A program made the position numbers and the translations under genes. The notes beneath the pieces were generated by a model. That model did not search any database and was not told where the DNA came from. It saw only the letters and a program-made list of their open reading frames with translations. Shown here piece after piece: positions 24,953 to 33,221 of a stretch of DNA of 64,000 nt. The stretch's first letter is position 1. Each line of letters starts with the position of its first letter. This DNA comes from an uncultured Desulfospira sp. (lineage in GTDB: Bacteria; Desulfobacterota; Desulfobacteria; Desulfobacterales; Desulfobacteraceae): assembly GCA_963663165.1 (NCBI GenBank), contig OY760175.1:704001-768000 (forward strand), read 5' to 3'.

Positions 24953-26116
24953 TCAAACAAACCATCCCTTTATCCGCTGTAATACACCCTGTTCTTCGAT
25001 TTCCGGTTCTATGCCCACAAGCTTGCAGGCTAAGGCCTTAATGTCCTTGTTGGCCGGCGACTCATTATGGTCTGCCGATAAAATCCGGCCCTTGTTGATG
25101 GCATCGGTCACGGCATGAAAATCATTGGCAATAACGGCCAGGGCCTTTTGCTCAAAGAGATTTTCAATCTCAGCAAGGGTAATATCGTTGTTCTTTTCAT
25201 ACCGGTTTAAGATAACGGCAAGCTTTTGTGTTTCATATCCAACGCCCCTGAACAGGTCCAGGGTTTCCCTGACCGATCTTAGGGCCGGTACGGTCTGCTG
25301 GGTGACCAGCAGCACCTGGCGGGACAGGTCCATGACCGGGGCGGTCAGATCCGAGAGTTCATGGGGCACATCCACGATGATATAATCCATGTTTTCTTTT
25401 AGAATCTGGAACATCCGGCCAATATCCTCAGCCGTAATCCGGATGGATTTCTCCACTTCTCCCGGTGCCGGCAGCACATAAGGCCCGAAAGGGGACCGGA
25501 CAATGGAAGAAAACAGCAGGTTTTCATCCAGCCGTGGCAGGTCCCTGAGCAGGTCGGTCACCGTATAGGGGTTGTCCACATCCATAAACAGGGCCACATC
25601 CCCGGATTGAAGTTTAAGGTCCACCAAAAGCACTTTTTGCCCGGTCAGGGCCTCAAGGTGGCAGGCCAGGTTGACCGCCAGGGTGGTCACCCCCTGTCCG
25701 CCCTTGTTGCTGGACAGCACAAAGATGTCCCCTTCTTTTTGCCGTTTGGCCTCCTTATCCAGAAGGGCTTTAACCGAATCCCCCGGCTCATCCTGATCCA
25801 GGGGCAACAGGATGTAGTCACAGGCCCCGGCCTTTAAGGAATTTAAAATCAGATCCGGATCTTTGGCATCACTGAGCATGATCACCCGGGTGGCGGGCAT
25901 AAACCGGTCCACCCGCTGGGCAAGCTCAAAACAAGCCTCCGGGTCTTTGCGGACATCCAGGAACAGCACCTTAGGGGCGGCGTCCTTAATCCGGTTATAG
26001 GGGGACGGGGTAATGGCCATGGGCTCCACCTGTGCCATGGACGCCAGCCGGATCTGGACCTCCCGTGACAGAAGGGAATCACTGCTGATGATCATTGATA
26101 ATATTTTATCCGCCAT
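24953..26116 (-). CDS. cpaE: CpaE/TadZ pilus localisation protein (receiver-like plus MinD/ParA-like domain)
   Basis: N-terminal receiver-like domain; KGGQGVTTLAVNLA, VLLVDL; SD GGGAGG before ATG 26116. Confidence 0.9.
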   Translation of the reverse strand: MADKILSMIISSDSLLSREVQIRLASMAQVEPMAITPSPYNRIKDAAPKVLFLDVRKDPEACFELAQRVDRFMPATRVIMLSDAKDPDLILNSLKAGACDYILLPLDQDEPGDSVKALLDKEAKRQKEGDIFVLSSNKGGQGVTTLAVNLACHLEALTGQKVLLVDLKLQSGDVALFMDVDNPYTVTDLLRDLPRLDENLLFSSIVRSPFGPYVLPAPGEVEKSIRITAEDIGRMFQILKENMDYIIVDVPHELSDLTAPVMDLSRQVLLVTQQTVPALRSVRETLDLFRGVGYETQKLAVILNRYEKNNDITLAEIENLFEQKALAVIANDFHAVTDAINKGRILSADHNESPANKDIKALACKLVGIEPEIEEQGVLQRIKGWFV

Positions 26117-26132
26117 GTGGTTATGCCTCCCC

Positions 26133-27647
26133 TTATTCCTCGAACCCGGACGGGCCGGCAAACACCGGTCTGATTTCAGGATTGTCCGGCTTGTTTTTCC
26201 AGATATGGTCCAGAAAGAAAAACTCAAAATCATCCTGTTCAAATACCTCGGTATCCCCGGGAAGGGGCGGGATTTCCCCCGGGTTCATGGGCTTGACCAG
26301 CCGGGGGGTAATCATGATGACCAGTTCGGTTTCTTCCTTGATATACTCTTTGGTTCTGAATGCCGCCCCCACAACGGGCAGATCACCGAGCAAAGGGACT
26401 TTATTGACCGTTGAGCTGATGTTTTCCATGAGAAGGCCGGCAATGGCAAAGGTCTGGCCGTCCTTGAGCATGAGGGTGCTTTCGGCCTCCCGGGTGGTGA
26501 CCCCCGGAACCGTGGCGCCGCCGGAGGTGACCGATGTGGAATAATCCACATCACTGACCCTGGTTTCCACGGTTAAATGGATGGTGTCTTTGGCGATCAC
26601 CGTGGGGCAGAAGGTCAGCTCCACGCCGTATTCCTGATTGCTGACGGTCACACTGCCGTCACTGCCGGAGACAGGAATGGGAAATGATCCCCCCACCAGG
26701 AAACTGGCTTCCTGACCGCTCATGGCCACCAGAGTAGGGCGGGCCTTGACTGTTGCAAGCCCCTGGCTTTTGAGCAGGCTTAAAATCCCGGAAACATCAT
26801 CACTGAGCAAGGTAAATGCCAGTTGGAATGCATTGGCAAAAGGGGTTGCCATGGTAAATTCGGATGTGCTGTCAATACTGATATCGCTGGCGCCCACTGT
26901 TCCGGAAGCATAGTCTTCAATGGTAGACGACTGAGAAGTACCAGAGCTTTTAGAAGTTCCGCTCCAGGTCATGCTCGGTCCGTCCGCCCCGGGGGGCACC
27001 AGGCCGATCCCCAGTTCACTGCCGCTGGAATATCCAAAGATGTTAAGCCCATACCGCTTAATGGCAGACTTGGACACCTCCACAATCTTGGCTTCCAGCT
27101 GAACCTGCTGGGAGCCGGTCACCGTCATCATGTTTTTGATGCTTTCAGGGCTGGCAAAGGCTTCCAGGACCCCGAGCACCCGCTCCATGGTCCTTGTATC
27201 CTCCAGACGGCCGGATACCATAAGCATGCCAAAGGCGCTTTCCACAGTTACCGTTGCCTCGGGGACCAGGGCAGCCAGTTGCCGTTTGATTTCAAAGGTA
27301 TCGTACTTGACGCTGACATGATACACCTGGGTCGACCCGTCCTCATACCATAAAATCAGGTTGGTGGAACCCACACTGGTGGCATTGATCAGGATTTTAT
27401 TCTGGCTTAAGGCCCTGACATCGGCGGTTTCAGGTTTGCCCACAATCACCCGGGAAACGCTGTCCCGGGTATCCAGAACAAAGGACATGCCGGCGGTCAA
27501 TTCCAGACGCTGTGCATCTTTCATGGTCACGCCGTCCAGAACCGGTTCGGCAACCCCTGCCGCCGGAAAACTTAACAAGAACAGCCCGGTACAAAAAAAC
27601 AGCCAAACCGGGCCTGACAAAAACCAATTGTATTTCTTAGGGGTCAT
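26133..27647 (-). CDS. cpaC: Tad secretin CpaC/RcpA
   Basis: N-domain GSTNLILW, QQVQLEAKIVEVS, SGQEASFLVGGSFPIP, KVPLLGDLPVVGAAFR, ETELVIMITPRLV. Confidence 0.95.
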   Translation of the reverse strand: MTPKKYNWFLSGPVWLFFCTGLFLLSFPAAGVAEPVLDGVTMKDAQRLELTAGMSFVLDTRDSVSRVIVGKPETADVRALSQNKILINATSVGSTNLILWYEDGSTQVYHVSVKYDTFEIKRQLAALVPEATVTVESAFGMLMVSGRLEDTRTMERVLGVLEAFASPESIKNMMTVTGSQQVQLEAKIVEVSKSAIKRYGLNIFGYSSGSELGIGLVPPGADGPSMTWSGTSKSSGTSQSSTIEDYASGTVGASDISIDSTSEFTMATPFANAFQLAFTLLSDDVSGILSLLKSQGLATVKARPTLVAMSGQEASFLVGGSFPIPVSGSDGSVTVSNQEYGVELTFCPTVIAKDTIHLTVETRVSDVDYSTSVTSGGATVPGVTTREAESTLMLKDGQTFAIAGLLMENISSTVNKVPLLGDLPVVGAAFRTKEYIKEETELVIMITPRLVKPMNPGEIPPLPGDTEVFEQDDFEFFFLDHIWKNKPDNPEIRPVFAGPSGFEE

Positions 27648-27672
27648 TATTTATCCTTAAACTGATTGCTGC

Positions 27673-28092
27673 TCAGCGGGCATTATAAAGGGAGTTTGAG
27701 GCAGAGGAATTCAGGCCCCTGATCACATCGACCTCCAGTGAGGGCCAGTCCGGCTGCACCACCCGGATTTCCAGAAAGTCTTTGGTTCCGTCTTCGTACC
27801 AGACAATGCACATGGTCGATCCCATTTTCCGGCCGTCAATGACCATTTCATAGGGAGAAATCACCTTGACTTCGGCTATTTCCGTATCATTGATGGAGAT
27901 TATTTTAACCGGGCTTGGCCTTTGGGGGCGAAGCATCTTGATAAAATAAGGACGGGAGTGTTTTTCAGGCACATAAATGGTGGTTGCGGCCAGGGACCGG
28001 CTTTGTCCGGCCCAGGCCGTTGCGCTTATGGTGAAAAGAACAAGAATACCGGCTAACAACAGGTACCCCATGCTCAGCCTGTGGTGTTTCAT
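27673..28092 (-). CDS. Secreted stand-alone pilus-secretin N-terminal-like domain protein
   Basis: Signal peptide; IAEVKVISPYEMVIDGRKMGSTMCIVWYEDG parallels the CpaC N-domain TADVRALSQNKILINATSVGSTNLILWYEDG. Confidence 0.75.
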   Translation of the reverse strand: MKHHRLSMGYLLLAGILVLFTISATAWAGQSRSLAATTIYVPEKHSRPYFIKMLRPQRPSPVKIISINDTEIAEVKVISPYEMVIDGRKMGSTMCIVWYEDGTKDFLEIRVVQPDWPSLEVDVIRGLNSSASNSLYNAR

Positions 28093-28117
28093 GGATGATT
28101 CTCCTGCAAATGGCCCA

Positions 28118-29488
28118 TTAAAAGGCCTCCTTATTGTACCGTTTGGTTTCCTTTTTCATGCCCGGTGTAAACACGGTGATGTCATGATAAGGGGAACTTT
28201 CCTTATAAAATACCCGGCTGCTTTTTTCCCCGCCGGTCTCAACAATATGGTCATCGCCCAGTTTTCTGACGATCAATTTGACATGGTCTGACGTATGGGA
28301 AATCACGGCCAGTTTTTCCGCCTGTTCCGGGGATACCACCAGGGTCACCCGTTTGGTGGACCAGGCGGATGCCCAGGAACCTTCTTCCCACCGGTTTTCC
28401 GGGGCTTGTTCTTTTGTTTCTTTGGCCGGGTCCGGCATATCCTCCCGGGTTGCCAAAGGGGCTCTGATTTCACTGGAAAGCTGGGTATCCTCTTCCACAA
28501 AAAGAATTTCAAGGTTCTGCATCAAAATCTTGGAAACGGTGAATTCGCCGGTCACCATGGCATCGGCTCCCGGCACATTCCGGCCCTGCAAAGCGGTTCC
28601 CTTAAAATCGTGGGTGGCCATTAAATCCACCCGCTGGCCGGGCCGCAGAAAACCGCAGATGCCGTCTTCATCATTGACACGGATGGTAATGGCCCGTTTG
28701 CCCACAGCAATTTTTGACTGGAGTCTTTCGTTGACCTCATCGGCCATTTGTGACAGTTCCTGCCGGGTTTTGGCCCCCAATTGTGCCGAATAAATAACCG
28801 GCTCGCCAACGGCGTTGTTGTCGTCCCGGCTGTCCCTTCTGACCAGCGTCAAAGCGGCATTCTGGGCGGCCGACAGGATACAGGCCTCATTTCTGGTCAA
28901 CACCAGGGCCACCCCCTGATTTGTTTTCCGGCTGCCTTTGGCCCACAGGGACTCTTCTTTCCCATCAGGCTTTGAACCATCGGTATCATGCACCCTGACC
29001 CCGGACAGAATAATCCGGGAGATCCGCCGGCCGTTTTTTGAGCCAAGAGAGCCTGAGGCGATGACATCGACTTTGTCTCCGGGTTCAAGCAGTCCATTGA
29101 GTGCGGCATCCGGCGTGATGCTGATGCGGACCACACACATCCCGGGGGCTATCCCGTCTTCTACGGGCTCCGGGGCCTTGACGAAATCGGGTTTTAAACG
29201 GTTCTGATGAATGGGCTCTCCTAAGTTAAACCCTTTGGCTGCGATCCGCCCTTCAACCGTTGATATGTTGGTGAAAAGCCCTTTGGGAATGACAGGCGAG
29301 GTCCAGGTGATCCGTTTTAGATTAAGGGATGTGAGCGTTTCTCCCGCCTTTATCTGAGTGGCGGCCACCACGACCCGGCGTTTTGGGGCAGGCTTTTTAA
29401 CCATAAACCGGGATGCCAGGTTGGCGGCCAGAAATGCCACCGCCAGTGTACCGACGATTATCAATATGCCTTGTTTTTTAATCAACAA
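28118..29488 (-). CDS. cpaB: CpaB/RcpC paralogue 2 (SAF plus two RcpC domains)
   Basis: VVVAATQIKAGETL SAF domain; two G(L/F)LxPGxxVD motifs (GLLEPGDKVDV, GFLRPGQRVDL). Confidence 0.85.
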   Translation of the reverse strand: MLIKKQGILIIVGTLAVAFLAANLASRFMVKKPAPKRRVVVAATQIKAGETLTSLNLKRITWTSPVIPKGLFTNISTVEGRIAAKGFNLGEPIHQNRLKPDFVKAPEPVEDGIAPGMCVVRISITPDAALNGLLEPGDKVDVIASGSLGSKNGRRISRIILSGVRVHDTDGSKPDGKEESLWAKGSRKTNQGVALVLTRNEACILSAAQNAALTLVRRDSRDDNNAVGEPVIYSAQLGAKTRQELSQMADEVNERLQSKIAVGKRAITIRVNDEDGICGFLRPGQRVDLMATHDFKGTALQGRNVPGADAMVTGEFTVSKILMQNLEILFVEEDTQLSSEIRAPLATREDMPDPAKETKEQAPENRWEEGSWASAWSTKRVTLVVSPEQAEKLAVISHTSDHVKLIVRKLGDDHIVETGGEKSSRVFYKESSPYHDITVFTPGMKKETKRYNKEAF

Positions 29489-30910
29489 TCAGTTCTCCTG
29501 AGTACGATAGGTCTTTGAGGGGGCAGATCCGGTTTTCTGATGGGGCAGCAGATGGTTGGGCTCTGGTTTTTCAGGCAGAAAATCTTCCTGGTCAAAGGTC
29601 ATTCCCCATTCTTTTGATCCGTAATAATACTCTACCGTGTAGTACTGTTTGTCTTTCCAGAACATGTCTGTGAGCTTTTCCCCTCTGGTGTGTACAATGC
29701 CCTGATCTTTTGAGTTTCTGACGATCAATTTAATGTACTGGCTGTTGTAAATGGTAACGAGTTTTTCAGCCACATCCGGAGAAACCAGAAAAGTAACCTG
29801 GCCGATGACACTGCCTTTTTTGGAACCGGCCTGCCGGCTGATTTTTGACCCACCGGCATTGCCGGTGCCCATGGCCGCTTTTTTGTCACTTGAACCGGGC
29901 ATGTCCGATTCCGGTGTCCCGGTGAGAGACTGCACCTCTAAAATTTCAAGGTTCTGCAGGATGATCCGTGCCGTTTTGGATGTATTCAACAAGGTGGCCT
30001 TGGCACCGGGCTGGTCTCCCTGGGATGAAATGTTGCCGGCAAAACTGATGCCCATGACATCCACCCGGTTGCCCGGGCGCAGAAAACCGCAGATACCGTC
30101 GTCATCTTTAAAGCTTAAGGTCATGGCCCGGCGGCCCTTATCCATTCTCAGGTCCCAGCCCTGAATCCTTTCCTGGTCTTTTTGGGCAATGCCGGACCGG
30201 GTGTCGGGACCGTTTTCAAGGGAAAACACCACCGCATCAAGTTCCGGGGCAGGGCGGCCGCCGGTTGGCGTCAGCCTGGACAGGGTTAAGGGGCTTGACC
30301 GGAACAGGGCCAGAATGCGGGCCTGTTCCGGATTAAGGTTAAAGGTGACAATGATTTTTGAGGCCCGGCTTGATTTTCCGGTGCTTTGGGGTGTTCCCAC
30401 GTCCATGACCGTTACACTGGACAGGATGCATCGGGCAACCTGCCGGGTATTTCCCTGGCTCAAAGAATCCTTGGCAATCACATCCACTAGGTCGCCGGGC
30501 TTAAGCATTCCGGCAAGTCCTGAAACGGGATCAACTTCAAGGCTTGCGATCCTCATCCCGGTATCGGACGGGCCAAGCCACTCAATGGGCTCGGGCGTTG
30601 TGGGGGTGCCCGGGGCGCTGAGCCGGGAACCGGTTATGGGCTCTCCGGTGTAAATGTATTCGTTGGCCACACGGCCTTCAAGATCCTTAAGGCCATCAAA
30701 GGTATCTTTGGGCCGGGCCGATTCCGGCCATTGTTGAAGCTGCATATGATGGGCTTCGATCCGGGTGCCGGCCGGGATATCCCGGGCCGCAACAACCAGC
30801 TTAACGTGACGGCCTGACGGCCCTTTGCTCTGCCGGGTTAACAGATTCCCGGCAAGGGCGGCCACGGCCACGGCAGCAATGATGATCACAATGCCACGCA
30901 CTTTAATCAC
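29489..30910 (-). CDS. cpaB: CpaB/RcpC paralogue 1 (SAF plus two RcpC domains)
   Basis: LVVAARDIPAGTRI SAF domain; GMLKPGDLVDV and GFLRPGNRVDV. Confidence 0.85.
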   Translation of the reverse strand: MIKVRGIVIIIAAVAVAALAGNLLTRQSKGPSGRHVKLVVAARDIPAGTRIEAHHMQLQQWPESARPKDTFDGLKDLEGRVANEYIYTGEPITGSRLSAPGTPTTPEPIEWLGPSDTGMRIASLEVDPVSGLAGMLKPGDLVDVIAKDSLSQGNTRQVARCILSSVTVMDVGTPQSTGKSSRASKIIVTFNLNPEQARILALFRSSPLTLSRLTPTGGRPAPELDAVVFSLENGPDTRSGIAQKDQERIQGWDLRMDKGRRAMTLSFKDDDGICGFLRPGNRVDVMGISFAGNISSQGDQPGAKATLLNTSKTARIILQNLEILEVQSLTGTPESDMPGSSDKKAAMGTGNAGGSKISRQAGSKKGSVIGQVTFLVSPDVAEKLVTIYNSQYIKLIVRNSKDQGIVHTRGEKLTDMFWKDKQYYTVEYYYGSKEWGMTFDQEDFLPEKPEPNHLLPHQKTGSAPSKTYRTQEN

Positions 30911-30969
30911 AGCCGGATCCTTTTTTGTTTTGTATGATCAAATTTGCCTTCATTTTAGGGTTTCCCTGT

Positions 30970-31380
30970 TCACGGATACACCGCCACCGATGTGGAAGAA
31001 ACGCGAGACGGTATCATGCCCGCCGGGAAATAGCCGGTCAGTGACTGGTATGGGAAATTGGCCAACTCAAGTTTTGCCCGGTCCGGATCTGACAATTGGT
31101 CAATGCAAAGGTAGGGTTCAAGGGTCGCGGCATCGACTTCCCCGTCCAGGGCCTGAACCATTGCCGACACCGCAATATCTTTGGGGCTTTCATAGCCGCT
31201 TTCCTTGACCACGGCCCTGGTGGCGCAGGCCAGGGCATTGTCCAATGCAATTTTGGTCTTAAAAAACCAGCCGTACTCCACGATGCCCAGAAGAAAGGTC
31301 ATCAGCAGGGGCAATACCAGTGCAAACTCAATGGCGGAAACCCCTTTTTCACATGTCAGCCTGATGTTCATTTTTTTCAT
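30970..31380 (-). CDS. TadE-like pseudopilin
   Basis: G|VSAIEFALVLPLLMTFLLGIVEYG. Confidence 0.9.
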   Translation of the reverse strand: MKKMNIRLTCEKGVSAIEFALVLPLLMTFLLGIVEYGWFFKTKIALDNALACATRAVVKESGYESPKDIAVSAMVQALDGEVDAATLEPYLCIDQLSDPDRAKLELANFPYQSLTGYFPAGMIPSRVSSTSVAVYP

Positions 31381-31450
31381 TTTTCTTTAAACGGTTAAGG
31401 GCGTTAATTCATATGGCCTTTCATTCTTGTGTCATTTCCCGCCGGGTCCT

Positions 31451-31903
31451 TTAAGGAAAGGAAAAAACCGCCCGGCTGTGAAGCCTTTTGGGCACAAAGG
31501 CTTGGGGAAGAAACCCGACCAGCGGGGTATAGGCATAGTTTTCAATGGTGACAATAATCCGTCTGGGAAGGGGAGGCCCCTGGTCCTCGCCGGCGGCCTG
31601 GATCTCAACATCAATGTTGTCATCAGACAGGGTCCCAATGATATCAAAAGTGTCCTTGACCGAATCTCTGGCCCTGGACTCAATTTCGCCGGGGGGTTCA
31701 TCGGGCATCCGGAGCGCCGTCCGTGCCCCCTTTGCCACGGCATGGGAGAGCAGAATCTGGGAGGTCATGACCCACCCATATTCGATAATCCCCATGAAAA
31801 TGGCAAAAAAGAACGGCATGACCAGGGCAAACTCCACCGCGGAGGTTCCCCCCTCGTTTTTGCCCCTGACACCGGATTTTGAATATGGCCAATGCCTAAT
31901 CAT
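31451..31903 (-). CDS. TadE-like pseudopilin
   Basis: G|TSAVEFALVMPFFFAIFMGIIEYG...AVAKGARTA. Confidence 0.9.
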   Translation of the reverse strand: MIRHWPYSKSGVRGKNEGGTSAVEFALVMPFFFAIFMGIIEYGWVMTSQILLSHAVAKGARTALRMPDEPPGEIESRARDSVKDTFDIIGTLSDDNIDVEIQAAGEDQGPPLPRRIIVTIENYAYTPLVGFLPQAFVPKRLHSRAVFSFP

Positions 31904-31926
31904 ATCGTCAGCCGTGAAACATCAGG

Positions 31927-32433
31927 TTAAATCACCGGCCCTGCCGTCAAATAACAGCAGAACCCCATCGCCATAGCGGCGGCATAGGGGACCCCCCGGC
32001 GTTTAAGTTGGCCGGGCAGGGTCTTAAGCAAGGTGGACGGAAACCATAAAATATTGACCGTCTGCCAGGGGCCTGAAGCCGTTACAATCAGAATCAGGGC
32101 CCAGATTCCCCCGGCAATGGAGCCGTAAAGGAACAGGTTGACCACACCGGAAACGCCCAAAAAACTGCCTGAAGCCGCCAGCAGTTTCACATCTCCGCCG
32201 CCGGCATACCGCAGCAGAAAGGGGATCATCAGCAATAATAACCCGGTTCCCATTCCTTTAAACGCGTACAGGCAGCCCCATTCCAGACCGCTGGTTGCGG
32301 CATGGTATCCCAAGCCTGCCAGACAGGCCGGAACAGTCAAATAATTGGGAATCCGCCGGAATCTTAAATCAAAGACAGCGGATATCCCGAATAAGAGGCT
32401 GCACATCAAAATGGCCGGCATCGGTTGCATCAT
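31927..32433 (-). CDS. cpaA: Prepilin peptidase (A24), CpaA/TadV
   Basis: DLRFRRIPNYL and GGGDVKL catalytic Asp motifs, VPYAAAM. Confidence 0.92.
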   Translation of the reverse strand: MMQPMPAILMCSLLFGISAVFDLRFRRIPNYLTVPACLAGLGYHAATSGLEWGCLYAFKGMGTGLLLLMIPFLLRYAGGGDVKLLAASGSFLGVSGVVNLFLYGSIAGGIWALILIVTASGPWQTVNILWFPSTLLKTLPGQLKRRGVPYAAAMAMGFCCYLTAGPVI

Positions 32434-32462
32434 TTGGCTTTCGTATCCCCCCGCACAGAAGG

Positions 32463-32651
32463 CTATGGTTCCTCGGTGGTGTCTTCCCCGTTCAGGCCGT
32501 CAACGATTTCCTGGAATTTGTCATTAATGGTCTCTCCTAAGGTTGAGACAACCGTAACAATAGCCAGGGCAATGCCGGCGGCCATTAATGCATATTCCAC
32601 TGCTGATATCCCTGAATCATCTTTCCATAACTCTTTTAATCTTTGAATCAT
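32463..32651 (-). CDS. flp: Flp major pilin
   Basis: Flp motif G|ISAVEYALM followed by a hydrophobic helix; SD AAAGGAG. Confidence 0.95.
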   Translation of the reverse strand: MIQRLKELWKDDSGISAVEYALMAAGIALAIVTVVSTLGETINDKFQEIVDGLNGEDTTEEP

Positions 32652-32782
32652 GATGCTCCTTTGGTGTTCTGTCGGCTTCTTTTACCGGGTCTTTCCCTTG
32701 GGGCCCGCCCTAGTAACGGTCTCTTTACAGCCCTGAAAATAAAGGCCTGCTGGCGGTTAAGTTCAGGGGCTTGGGATGGGCC

Positions 32783-32823
32783 AAAAAAAAATCCCAGACC
32801 AAAATACTGCTTTGATCTGGGAT
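32783..32823 (-). terminator. Attenuator terminator of riboswitch 4
   Basis: Minus-strand ATCCCAGATCAAA/TTTGGTCTGGGAT hairpin followed by a run of T, located between the aptamer and flp. Confidence 0.8.
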
Positions 32824-32893
32824 GTCCCCTTTTTATCCGCAAATTCTTTATGTGACCTGTATCCTATGAAGCCGCAAGAATACATTGTCTGAT

Positions 32894-33080
32894 CAAACGG
32901 GCAGGTCTTCTGACTTCCCTCCCTTCATGCGGCCTTCCCATCCCAAGATTCTGGTGGAACAGTGGCACAATAAATTGCTGAAGAGTTCCTGTTAAAATAA
33001 CAGGCAAGGGTCACAGCAGCGGGCCTGTCTTCGATTTTCACGAAGTTCCCTATTAAGCTTAATTTGCAAGCACCCATTCG
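32894..33080 (-). promoter_or_regulatory. Cobalamin riboswitch 4 (upstream of the flp/tad operon)
   Basis: Minus strand: GGGTGC, TAATAGGGAACTTCGTGAAAATCGAAG, GGCCCGCTGCTGTGA, GCCACTG...GGGAAGGC, AGTCAGAAGACCTGCCC; TTGACT at 33109-33114 upstream. Confidence 0.94.
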
Positions 33081-33221
33081 GCTGCAATGAACCAAAAATC
33101 TTCAAAAAAGTCAATTTTTTTCTTAACTTTTTGGAACTATGACGGTGTGCAACCCTATAAATTAGGATTATTTTGCTGTGTGGAAAACGGGGGAAAGCAG
33201 ATAAAATGGGGGAAGACCCGG

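Noticed and set aside
13000..33080. The B12/tad region as a currently mobile island or conjugative element
   Set aside because: No integrase, relaxase, VirB4 or flanking att repeats; the nearby integrase element closes at 6068.
33081..33221. Sigma54 promoter for flp driven by the adjacent activator
   Set aside because: No TGGCAC-N5-TTGC match found on the minus strand; a TTGACT sigma70-like hexamer is present instead.
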